The notes below the pieces were generated by a model. That model saw nothing but the letters and a program-made list of their open reading frames with translations, did no database searches and was not told the origin of the DNA. A stretch of DNA of 57,033 nt from Mobula birostris. Lineage: Eukaryota. The position numbers and the translations under genes were made by a program. Location: assembly GCF_030028105.1 (NCBI RefSeq), contig NC_092383.1:99161604-99218636 (forward strand). The letters are read 5' to 3'. Each line of letters opens with the position of its first letter. Position 1 is the first letter of the stretch. Below, in pieces: positions 13,225 to 23,367 of this stretch.

Positions 13225-13812
13225 AGAATCATAGTGTGTGGAAACAGGCCCTTCATCCCAAATGGTCTATACTAGCCAAAGTGCCTACCTAAGGTAGATC
13301 CATTTGCTTAGATTTGGCCAGAATTCCTCGAAAGCTTTCCTATCCAAATACCTTGCAAATGTTGTTAACATACCTGCCTCAACACTGCCTGTGGTAGCTT
13401 ACTCCAAATACTGACCAGCCTTGGTGTGAAAAAGTTGCCCAAAGGTCCTTATTAAATCTCTGCCCTTTCACTGTAAACTTCTGCCCTCTGGCTCGTCATT
13501 CCCAAACCATGGGGAGAAAATGAGTGCACTGACCCTATCCACGTCACTAAGAATTGTATACACCTCCATAAGATCACCTGTCCTTCTCCTAAGCTCAAGC
13601 GAGAACATTCCCAACATGTCCAGTCAGTCCGAGTCCTGGCAACATCATCAGTAATGTCCTCTGCACTCTTTCCAGCTTAATCACATCTTTCCTACAGCAG
13701 GATGACCAAAACTGAACACAGTCTTCCAAAAGTGGCCTCACCTACGTGCTGTACATCTGCAACGTAATGTCCCAGCTCCTGCAGTCAGTGCCCTTACGGA
13801 TGCAGGCCAGAA
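13225..13812 (-). mobile_element. CR1 LINE 3' fragment
   Basis: Reverse complement shows decayed CVQFWS and LERVQRT-like motifs and a CR1 3' UTR. Confidence 0.7.
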
Positions 13813-14039
13813 CTCTGTCTTATGTACAAATTTGATGGTGATCCAGAACTGCGTGGCAGAATCCAGAGAGACAGACACACACAGGGGTATTCATTTTGTG
13901 ACTACAAAAACTCTTGCAAGATCTTTCTCACATACACCAGCCCCCTCAACCATCTCTCACACATCCTGCTCCCGCCTTCGCCCGCAGTCCTTCACGCCCA
14001 CCTCATCCCCTTAAGCGGACAGCTCCTGGTAATATTTCC

Positions 14040-14045
14040 TTTATT
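14040..14045 (-). terminator. NIT1 polyadenylation signal AATAAA
   Basis: TTTATT on plus, about 80 nt after the NIT1 stop codon. Confidence 0.7.
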
Positions 14046-14127
14046 GACAGCAGCAGGGGTATAAGATGTGATGAACACAGAGAGTTCTGGTGCCTGATTA
14101 ACGATGGTGAGAGTGTGAGGAGAACAG

Positions 14128-14400
14128 TCAGCTTAGGGATGGAGGTTCACCCACACTCCCGTAGAGATCGTTCCGCCGGTGTTGGGTCACGGGCATCTGT
14201 TGGCGCACCTGACGCAGGTAGTCCAGGTCTACCTCAGCATAGCAGAGACCGGGGCCCTGTCCACACTGGGCCAACACACAGCCCCAGGGGTCCACCACCA
14301 TGGAGTGGCCAAAGGACAAGCGACGGTCATTGTGCCGGCCTGTCTGTGCAGCCGCAACCACATAGCACTGTGTCTCGATTGCCCGGCTCCGCAGGAGAGT
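14128..14400 (-). CDS. NIT1: Deaminated glutathione amidase NIT1, coding exon 6 (last)
   Basis: TLLRSRAIETQCYVVAAAQTGRHNDRRLSFGHSMVVDPWG...QHRRNDLYG*; acceptor ctctggcag at 14401; phase 0. Confidence 0.96.
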   Translation of the reverse strand, partial: TLLRSRAIETQCYVVAAAQTGRHNDRRLSFGHSMVVDPWGCVLAQCGQGPGLCYAEVDLDYLRQVRQQMPVTQHRRNDLYGSVGEPPSLS

Positions 14401-14519
14401 CTGCCAGAGAGAACAGGATGAGTGGCAGGGCAACAGTGGGTCACATTGTGGAAGTCCACACACTCAGTACACACACAGGATACACTACTAAAGGAACATT
14501 CCCTCACACCCGAGACACA

Positions 14520-16673
14520 CGCACACGCACGTCAATTACTCGTAGTCGAGTACAATTCCTTTCCTGGTGTTGATCTGGTCACTTGTGGGTCTTGAGATAA
14601 CTGAAGAGGCCGATCTGTGATCTACAAGTCCTTTGCAGTGTTGGCAGGTGTAGGCCATTGAGAGGGTGGTGGATGTAGCTGGTTGGACCTTTCCCAGTCT
14701 CTCTTTACGTTGAAGCCGCTTAGTCTCAGCGGCACAGTGGAGGTATTCTTTGAGCTGTGCAGTCCCCTCATAGACAGTCCTTCTCCAGCTTTCCCTATCC
14801 TGTGATAATTTCTCCCACCCATTCAGGTTGATGTAGTACTTCTTCAGGTGGGCCTTGATGTTGTCCTTGAGCTGCTTTTTCTGGCCTTCAGGAGTCGCTT
14901 TGCATCCTTGAGTTGGCTGAACAGGAGTCCTTTAGGGAGGCAGGAGTCAGGGATACGGATGATGTGGCCGACCCATCGCAATTGGTGTTGAGTGATGATT
15001 GTGGCTATGGGGTTAATGTTAGCTTCTAACAGGATGCTGGAGTTAGTATGCCCGTTCTTCAGCTCTCAGAGGAAACTTTGATGGTAAGTGGGATTTTATG
15101 TGCCTGCTGTATGTTGTCCATGACTCCACTCCATATAGTAAGTAGGTGAGGACTTTAACTTTATAGACCAGAAGCTTGAGTTGGTCTTGCTATTTTGATC
15201 TTCAAAAACCCTCTTTCTCAGGCTGGCAACAGCTCCACTCACACAACCTATTCTGTGAGTTATTTCAAGGTAATGTTGGCTCTTGAGGAAAGAAGGCTGC
15301 CCAAATACGAACAATGACAAGTGTCCTCCAGAGGGACGTTGTCAATTTGGATGGTTGGAGGTTTAGGAGCTTGATTTGGAGCAGTTTGGTGCAGGACTTG
15401 GGTTTTCTTGATGTTTAGATCAAGTCCCAGGAGCTTGTATGCTCTGGCAAAAGCATCCATTGTACACTGCAGATCCTCTTTACAGCAAGCTACTATGTTG
15501 TTGTCTGCATATTGGAGCTGCATGATAGAAATAGTTGACACCTTGCTCTTTGTCTTGAACCTGTTAAGGTCCTATAGAGAATCTAGACTCCTTATGGGAG
15601 GTCTTGGCCTGTGAGGTGAAGAATGGTTGCAATGAAATTGGCAAACAGAGTTGGGGCAACGATGCACCCCTGTTTAACCCTGGTCTCAACCTTAAAAGGA
15701 GCTGTTTCAGGGCTGCTGCTGCTAATGACTGTTGCACTCATATCACTGTGTAAGAGCTGCAGGACCTTGAGGTATTTCTCCGGGCACCTGATTTTGGACA
15801 GTACCTGCTAAAGGACAAGATGATTTACAGAGTCAAATGCTTCTGTAAAGTCTATGAAAGCCATATAAAGTGGGAGAGTTTGTTCCCGAGCTTGCTCCTG
15901 CAATTGATGTGCTGTAAATATCACATCAGGTACTCCTCTGGCTGGATGGAGGCCACACTGAGACTCAGGCAGGAGATCTTCTGCCAGAGGTGAAAACCAG
16001 TCACATAAGATTCAGGTGAGTATCTTTCCTGTTGTAGAGAGGAGAGAGATGCCACTATGGTTTCTGCAGTCAGCTTTATCACCCTTTTTGAAGAGTGTGA
16101 CAATCAGGGCATCCCTGAGTTTAGCCAGAATCTTCTCCTGGTCCCAGGTCATGAATAGGATTTAAAAGTTCTATGCCACCTTCCTCGAGAATTTCTGCTG
16201 GAATTCCATCAGGCCTGGTGGCCTTGTTGTTCCTCGATTTCTTGTAAGCTATCTGCACCTCTTTGATACTGGGAGGCTTACTCACATCCTCCTTCATGGG
16301 TCGTTGTGGGAACTTCAATATCAACAGTGGTGTTAGGATTAAGTAGCTCCTGAAAGTGTTCCTGCCATCAGAATTGATGGCATCATTGTCCTTTAGCAGC
16401 CTTTGTCCATCTTTGGTGAAGGAAGTTTAGGCCACGGCCTTGGTGGCAATAAAGAAACCCTGATATCACCAGAGTCAGCAGGCTGCCGTGTTTCTGGGGC
16501 CCTCTCAGTCCACCACTGATTCTTTATTCCCCTTACTCTAAACTAGACTAAAGCCTTTGCTTTGAAATGGGCTGCTTTTTTAGCCTTGTTATTAATGTCC
16601 TTCTGCCAGGCACAGAAAGCTTTCCTTTTTTGTTGATTAGCCCTTCTATTTCATTGTCATTTTCATCAAACCA
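14520..16673 (-). mobile_element. RTE-clade LINE, RT and C-terminal part, in the last NIT1 intron
   Basis: KATRPDGIPAEIL, RVKQGCIVAPTLF, QLQYADNN, WFDENDNEI; GT-repeat tail near 14520. Confidence 0.85.
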
Positions 16674-18268
16674 AAATGATCTGCAGATGCTGGGGTCAAA
16701 GCAACATGCACAACACGCTGGAGGAACTCAGCAGGTCGGGCAGCATCCGTGGAAACCATCAGTCAACGTTTTGGGCTGGAACCCTTCGTCAGGACTGTAG
16801 AGGGAGGGGGCAGGGGCCCTATAAAGAAGGTGGGGGGAGGGTGGGAAGGAGAGGCTGGTAGATTCCAGGTGAAAAACCAGTAAGGGGAAAGATAAAGGGG
16901 TGGGGGAGGGGAAGCAGGGAGGTGATAGGCAGGAAAGGTGAAGAAGGAATAAGGGAAAGCACAATGGGTAGTAGAAGGAGGGGGAACCATGAGGGAAGTG
17001 ATAGGCAGCTGGGGGAGGGTGCAGAGTGAAACTGGGATGGGGGAAGGGAGGGGGAGGGAATTATCGGAAGTTGGAGAATTTAATGTTTATGCCAAGTGGC
17101 TGGAGACTACCCAGACGGTGTATGAGGTGTTGCTCCTCCAACCTGAGTTTGGCCTCATTGTGGCAGTAGAGGAGGCCATGTATGGACATATCCAAATGGG
17201 AATGTGAAGCAGAGTTGGAGTGGGCAGCTACTGGGAGATCCTGTCTGTTGTGGCGAACGGAGCAGAGGTGCTCGACAAAGCGGTCCCCCAATCTGCGTTG
17301 GGAGCACCGGATGCAATCGATCACCCCAACAGACTCCCAAGTGAAGTGTTGCCTCACTTGGAAGGACTGTTTGTGGCCCGAATAGTGGTGAGAGAGGAGG
17401 TGTAGGGACAGGTGTAGCACTTATGCTTATAGGGATAAGTGCCGGGTGGGAGATCCGTGGGGAGGGATGTGTGGACCAGGGAGTCGCGGAGGGACCGATC
17501 CCTGCGGAAAGCGGAGAGGGGTAGAGAGGGAAAGATGTGCTTAGTGGTGGGGTCCTGTTGAAGGTGGCGGAAGTTGCAGAGGATAATGTGCTGGATTCGG
17601 AGGCTGGTGGGGTGGTAGGTGAGGACAAGGGGAACTGTCCCTGTTGTGGTGACGGGAGGATGGGGTGAGGGCCAAAGTGCAGGAAATGGAGGAGATGCAG
17701 GTGAGGGCATCATTGATGACGACAGAAAGGAAACCACGACCCTTAAAGAAAGAGGACATTTGAGATGTCCTGGAACGGAAAGCCTCATCCTGGGAGCAGA
17801 TGCAGCGGAGATGGAGGAACTGGGAATAAGGAATAGCATTTTTCCATGTGGCAGCGTGGGAAGAGGTATAGTCGAGGTAGTTATGAGAGTCAGTGGGCAT
17901 ATAGAAGATGTCAGTGGACAGTCTGTCTCCAGAGATGGAGACCGAGAGATCGAGAAAGGAGAGAGAAGTGTCCGAGATGGACCAAGTGAATCTGAGGGCT
18001 GGGTGGAAGCTAGAAGCAAAGTGGATGAAATTGACAAGCTCAGCATGGGTGCAGGAAGCAGCACCAATATAGTTGTCAATGTAGCGAACGAAAAGCTGGG
18101 GAGCAGTACCAGTATAGGTTTAGAGCATAGACTGTTCCACATAACCAACAAAGAGGCAGGCATAGCTGGGGCCCATGCGAGTGCCCATAGCTACACCCTT
18201 GGTCTGAAGAAAGTGGGAAGAGCCAAAAGAGAAGTTATTAAGTGTGAATACCAGTTCCGCCAAACGTA
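16674..18268 (-). mobile_element. Penelope-like retroelement (RT plus GIY-YIG endonuclease region, truncated), nested inside the RTE LINE
   Basis: LAELVFTLNNFSFGSSHFLQTKGVAMGTRMGPSYACLFVGYVE; PTDSHNYLDYTSSH; VRQHFT..CIRCS..RRLGDRFVEH; terminal repeat with hammerhead motif. Confidence 0.9.
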
Positions 18269-18640
18269 AAAACTCTGTTTTTTCAGGTCTTGTATCTAAT
18301 GATATTTTCAGAAGTATCAAGGATGGTGATCCTCAGTGTAGTCCAGTGTGCTTCAATGTCCTCCAGATACTGCTTTGGGAATCTTTCAGAAAGGGCAGCC
18401 TGGAGATAATTGTACCTTCACTGTGTCTTTTAGGCTCTCAATGTTGAACCCGGGACGGCTCACGTTCTTTTTCACTCCACTCCTCCACATGATTTTGATG
18501 GTCATTTGTGAGCAAGTAAGCCACTGGTCTGTCCAGCCATCATCAGCACTGATCATGGCTCTTGTATTCTTTACATCTCTGTGATCCCTCCTCTGAACGA
18601 TGATATAATCTAGAAGATGCCAAGTCTTTGAAGTTTTCAC
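18269..18640 (-). mobile_element. RTE-clade LINE, end of the endonuclease domain (5' part of the element split by Penelope)
   Basis: SKTWHLLDYIIVQRRDHRDVKNTRAMISADDGWTDQ. Confidence 0.85.
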
Positions 18641-18728
18641 CTTATTTCACACACACACAAATCACTATTAAGCACTTTTCTTCAAACCTGAAATTTGACA
18701 GAGTGAAATTACTTTCATGAAGCCTCAC

Positions 18729-18854
18729 CTCCCAATGTGCCATGCCAGTTGTTAACGTAAAAGCAGATGGGAATGTAAGAATTTCTGCTCCAGCATCAGC
18801 TAGAGTTCGAGATATTTCTGGGAATCGAAGATCATAACAAATAGCAAGTCCAAT
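18729..18854 (-). CDS. NIT1: NIT1 coding exon 5 (catalytic Cys, ICYDLRFPE)
   Basis: IGLAICYDLRFPEISRTLADAGAEILTFPSAFTLTTGMAHWE; 126 nt; cctaccacag acceptor, GAG|GTGAGG donor. Confidence 0.96.
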
Positions 18855-18874
18855 CTGTGGTAGGAAAGCACAAC

Positions 18875-19210
18875 ACAGGTCAGACACAGAGTGAATCTCC
18901 CTCTACCCTATCCATCACACACCCCCAGGGAATGGGTCAGACACAGAGTGAATCTCCCTCCAAATTGTCCCTTCACACACTCCCTCTACACTATCCCAAT
19001 ACGCACCCCCAGGACAGGGGTCAGACACAGAGTGAAGCTCCCTCTGCACTGTCCCATCACACACTCCCACGGCATGGCTCGGACACAGACTGAAGCTCCC
19101 TCTACACTGACCCATCACACACTCCCAGGGTCAGACACAGAGTGAAACTCACTCTACACTGTCCCATCACACACTCCTAGGACACTGGTCAGACACAGTC
19201 CCATCACATT
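18875..19210 (-). repeat. ~55-bp minisatellite (GGGTCAGACACAGAGTGAAGCTCCCTCTACACTGTCCCATCACACACTCCC on plus) filling NIT1 intron 4
   Basis: About 6 degenerate tandem units read directly. Confidence 0.85.
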
Positions 19211-19213
19211 TAC

Positions 19214-19347
19214 CTTGCCAACTGGAGTTGTAACCGGCAGCTCAATTCGTGGTCCCGGAATGGTGAAGCTGCTCTCCTTGAGTGAGACCTGACCCGGGAG
19301 ATCCACATCGAAGAGGTGGGTCTTTCGGTAGAGCCCCACAGTTTGTC
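19214..19347 (-). CDS. NIT1: NIT1 coding exon 4 (catalytic Lys, YRKTHL)
   Basis: GQTVGLYRKTHLFDVDLPGQVSLKESSFTIPGPRIELPVTTPVGK; 134 nt; tatttag acceptor, AAG|GTAAAT donor. Confidence 0.96.
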
Positions 19348-19577
19348 CTAAATACAACAGGATTAATATGCTTTGTAGCTCTGCCTCCTGGTTTTAATTC
19401 CATCTTCCTATGGTCACACCACCCCCAGTGACAGCAGACAGAAAACATCAATCTGGATTTGTCCTCACAATCAAATCTGTCCCAGACACAGGCCTGTTTC
19501 TCCCCGTCCTTCCCTGATCCGGGACCTCCTGCCCCCCACCAGCCCACACGGTTATTCCATCTGCCAATCCCTCTTAC

Positions 19578-19681
19578 CCGAGTCGTCAAGTAGCAGGTGG
19601 GTATTGTAGACTCGCCGGTCCTGATCCCAGCGTGGTCCTCGTTCGTGGAACCCACCCAGGGACAGCCAGAGCCTCGACTCC
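19578..19681 (-). CDS. NIT1: NIT1 coding exon 3
   Basis: ESRLWLSLGGFHERGPRWDQDRRVYNTHLLLDDS-G; 104 nt; ctgcag acceptor, G|GTAAGA donor. Confidence 0.96.
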
Positions 19682-20189
19682 CTGCAGACAGGTACAGGCC
19701 TTTGAGAGAGGGCAAAGGAGGCAAGAGGTGTGGGGAATCGAGGGAGAGATGATGCAGAGGGATGGGGGAGGTTGTTAATGGGAACTGAGGGATGAGGAGG
19801 GACAGAGGGGGACGAGGCTGACAGAGGCGACGATCGGGTCGGAGAGGAACGAGAGAGATGGAGGGACGAGTGAGACAGAGGAGAACGAGGGGACACTGTG
19901 TTGGGGGAAGAGGGATGGAGGGAATGAGGGATTGGAGAGGACAGTGAAGATGGTGAGGGACAGTGAGGACGAGGGCAAGGAAGGAATGAGGGGGTGGAGG
20001 GAATTAGGGGCTGGAGGAGGACAGTGGAGATGGAGAGGGACAGTGAGAATGAAGGGAAGGAGGGGATGAGGGGGATGGAGGGGAACATAGGGAATGAGGA
20101 GTACTGAGGGGACAAGGGGAATGAGGGAGATGGAGGGGGATTGGGGGAACGGAGATAAGTGGCAAATACAGAGGGTCAAGGAGGCCTAC

Positions 20190-20432
20190 CTGGCCAGCTG
20201 CCGGTATCTCTCTACCAGCTCCCCCTCAAGACCCTCGGCGAGGTGGAGGGTTTCCTCAGTGCTGGGTGCGATGTAATCGAAGGCCTCAGGCAGGAAGAGC
20301 ATGCGGACCCCACGGGCTGCCCCCACCCTCACCAGCTCCTGGCACTGATGGAAATTGTGCTCCTTGTCTGCGGAGGCGGTCATCTGGCCCACTCCAATCA
20401 GGGCCCTCCGTGAGCTGGACATGGCCAAGGTC
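20190..20432 (-). CDS. NIT1: NIT1 coding exon 2 (internal ATG at 20422; catalytic Glu, FLPEA)
   Basis: TLAMSSSRRALIGVGQMTASADKEHNF...LFLPEAFDYI...YRQLAR; ggggcag acceptor at 20433, AG|GTAGGC donor. Confidence 0.94.
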
Positions 20433-20600
20433 CTGCCCCAGGAGAGTTTGTCAGTAAACAGCCTCATCCTCCCTCCCTCTCTCCCACAGCCCTCACACAA
20501 ATACCACCATACTTTCAAATAATGTACATCCCTTATAAATAGACCCCAGCAAACTCAAAGCACACCACTTGCATCTAAATATCTCCGGCAAACTCAAACA

Positions 20601-22382
20601 CAGTGCCTATAAAAAGTAATCATCCCACCCCAGGAAGTTTTCATGTTTTATTGTTTTACAATTTTGAATCACAGTGGATTGAATTTGACTTTTTTTGATA
20701 CTGATCAACAGAAAAAGACTCTTGTGTCCAGGTGAAAACAGATCTGTACAAAGTGATCTAAACTGATTAGAAATATAAAACACAAAATAATTGATTGCTT
20801 AAGTACTCACCTCCTTTACTATGACACACCAGAAGATCACTGGTGCAGCCATTTGGTTTTATAAGTCATGTACGTAATTAATTAAATGGAGATCTGTTTT
20901 TGGAGTCAAGGTGTTTCAAGTGAATAGTGAAAACACACCTGTATCTGGAAGGTCCAATTACTGGAGAGTCAGTATCCTGGCAAAACCTACACCATGAAGA
21001 CAAAAGAACACTCCAAGCAACTCCGCCAAAAGGTTATTGAAAAGTACAAGTCAGGAGAAGGATACAAGAACATTTCCAAGTCACTGAGTATCCCTTGGTT
21101 AAGTCAATCATTAAGAAATGGAAAGAATATGACACAGCAGTAAATTTGCCTCGAGGAGACCATCCTCAAAAACTGAGTGACTGTGCAAGAAGGGGACGAG
21201 TGAGGGAGGCCACAGAGACCCATGACAACTCTGGAGGAGTTACGAGGTTCAGAGGCTGAGATGGGAGAGACTGTGCATACAATAACTGTTGCCCAAGTGC
21301 TTCAGTAGTCAGTTTTATGGAAGAGTGGCAAAGAAAAAGCCACTGTTGAAAAAAACCTACATGAAATCTCAGCTAGAGCTTACCAGAAGGCATTTGGGAG
21401 ACTCTGAAGTCAGCTTGAAGATGGTTCAATGGTCTGATGAAACCAAATTTGAGCTTTTTGACCATCGGGCTAAATGCTATGTTTGTCGTAAGCCAAACAT
21501 CGCACATCTTCAAAAATACCCCATCTCTGCTGTGAAGCATAGTGGTGGCTGTATCATGCTGTGGGAATGTTTCTCTGCAGTAGGCCCTACAAGGCTTGTG
21601 AAGGTACAGGGTAAAATGAATGCATCAAAATACAGGGAAATCCTAAAGGAAAACATGATGCAATCTGCAAGAGAACTGTGACTTGGGAGAAGATTTGTTT
21701 TCCAGCAAGACAATGACCCCAAGCGTAAAGTCAAAGCTACACAGTAATGGCTTATCAGCAACAAAGTTAATGTCCTGGAGTGGCCAAGTCAGAGTTGAGA
21801 CTTCAATCCAATGAAAATTTGTGGCTGGACTTGAAAAGGGCTGTTCACTCATGATCCCAATGCAATCTGACAGAGTTTGAGCAGTTTTGTAAAGAAGAAT
21901 GAGGAAAAATTGCAGTGTCCAGATGACCAAAGGTGATCGAGACCCATCCACACAGACTCAATGCTGTCATAAGTGCATCTAGTAAACACTGACTTGAATG
22001 GGGTGAATACTTATGCAATCAATTATTTTGTGTTTTATATTTGTAATTGATTTAGATCACATTGTAGAGATCTGTTTTCACTTTTACTTGAAAGAGTCCT
22101 CTTCTGTTGTTCAGTCTCAAAAAAAAAGTCAAACTAAATTCAGCAGGCCAGGCAGCATCTGTAGGAAGAGGTGCAGTCGACGTTTCAGGCCGAGACCCTT
22201 GAAGGTGCTGCCTGGCCTGCTGCGTTCACCAGCAACTTTGATGTGTGTTGCTTGAATTTCCAGCATCTGCAGAATTCCTGTTGTTTGCGTTTAAATCCAA
22301 ACTAAATTCACTGTGATTCAATGTTGTAAAACCATAAAACATGAAAACTTCAAAGGGGGTTGAATACTTTTTAGAGGCACTG
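20601..22382 (+). mobile_element. Tc1 DNA transposon with long terminal inverted repeats (TIRs) and a defective transposase (~20994-21990), in NIT1 intron 1
   Basis: TIRs CAGTGCCTATAAAAAGTA... and ...TACTTTTTAGAGGCACTG followed by TA; MKTKEHSKQLRQKVIEKYKSG, WSDETKFELF, VKHSGGCIMLW, FQQDNDPK; stops and frameshifts. Confidence 0.93.
22143..22297. mobile_element. Penelope-derived short element inserted in the Tc1 right TIR
   Basis: Flanked by direct repeat CAAACTAAATTCA (22130-22142 and 22298-22310); contains GCAGCATCT...GTCGACGTTTCAGGCCGAGACCCTT. Confidence 0.75.
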
Positions 22383-22784
22383 TATAGTGGGTCCCTCCCC
22401 ACCCCAAGCAAAGACCCTTCCCACACAGATGGGTCTGTCCCTGGGCACTGAGATCGTAGAGGGACCAAGCGAGGGACATACAGGACAGGATGTAACAGGG
22501 GAAGGGAGTGTGGTGATGGGAGAAGGTCAAGTGGGGAGGCAGTGGATCAGGGTAGGGCTAATAAGGGAGTGGGATCGGGAGAGAACCAGGGTAGGGGTGT
22601 TGAAAGTTTGAGTGATGGGTCAAAGTCCCGAGATGCTGGGGTCAGGGTCCAGGAGCAGGTGGTTACGGACCATGGGGCTGAATCAGTGTGATGGGCAAGT
22701 TGGTAGGAGTCTGAGGAAGGACTAGGAGCCATGGGTGGTACAGAGATGAGGGGCAGGCAGGGAAGGATTTCCCATCCTCGCCTT

Positions 22785-22930
22785 CTAATTGGCTGATTAT
22801 CAGCCTGAGCCCGCCCTCCTCGCTGATTGGCAGCGGCTGTATTAAAATCTCGCCCGTTCCTCTCCAACTATGGTGACGTCATCACAACCGCACTCGGCTG
22901 AGTCAGGGTCTTTTCCACAGAACCAATGCC
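22785..22930. promoter_or_regulatory. Transcription-factor motif cluster: CCAAT boxes (22788, 22826 reverse; 22923 forward), GC box (22810-22816), CRE TGACGTCA (22874-22881), AP-1/ARE GCTGAGTCA (22897-22905)
   Basis: Consensus motifs packed into 145 bp at the edge of the NIT1/PFDN2 CpG island. Confidence 0.7.
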
Positions 22931-23032
22931 TGACTTTTTAAAAAAAATCACTTTGCCACAATCAAACCCAGAGCTTCGACAGCATCCACTCAGAAAATAT
23001 TCTCTGGAATGCGACAGCGTTTCTGGAATTAC

Positions 23033-23067
23033 CCGCCGATTCTTCTTGCAACCCGCAGAAGGAGCAT
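23033..23067 (-). CDS. NIT1: NIT1 coding exon 1, putative mitochondrial presequence (MLLLRVARRIG-G)
   Basis: ATG at 23067; Arg-rich peptide with no acidic residues; GG|GTAATT phase-2 donor matches the phase-2 acceptor at 20432, giving one open 304-aa ORF. Confidence 0.72.
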
Positions 23068-23367
23068 TAGCGAGACGGGAAGATGGCTGCCCGACTCCGG
23101 GGCGACGGTTGGGGTCCTGGCGGGTTTAGCTGCCTAAAATCCTATCACCTTTACTTTTATTTATGAGGGTCGAAGGAAACGGGAGGCGGCGGACAGTTAG
23201 AATGAGATTATTTACCACTATGAAGCAGCGGCAGCTGTGTTTTTTCCCCCATCCTCGAACGGTCAGGTGGGAAAGCCCCAACAGGCGCTTGCAGGGGCTA
23301 CCTGCGGTGGGCGGAGGTCTATAAAAGGCGGCGCACGGCTGGCGCTGCCAGTCACCGCCTCCGCGGG
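23068..23367. promoter_or_regulatory. Bidirectional NIT1/PFDN2 promoter: YY1-like AAGATGGC (~23080), GC box (23309-23314), TATAAAA (23320-23326), Inr-like CCAGT (23348-23352)
   Basis: Divergent ATGs 300 bp apart in a CpG island; TATA lies 30 nt before the Inr A at 23350. Confidence 0.78.
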
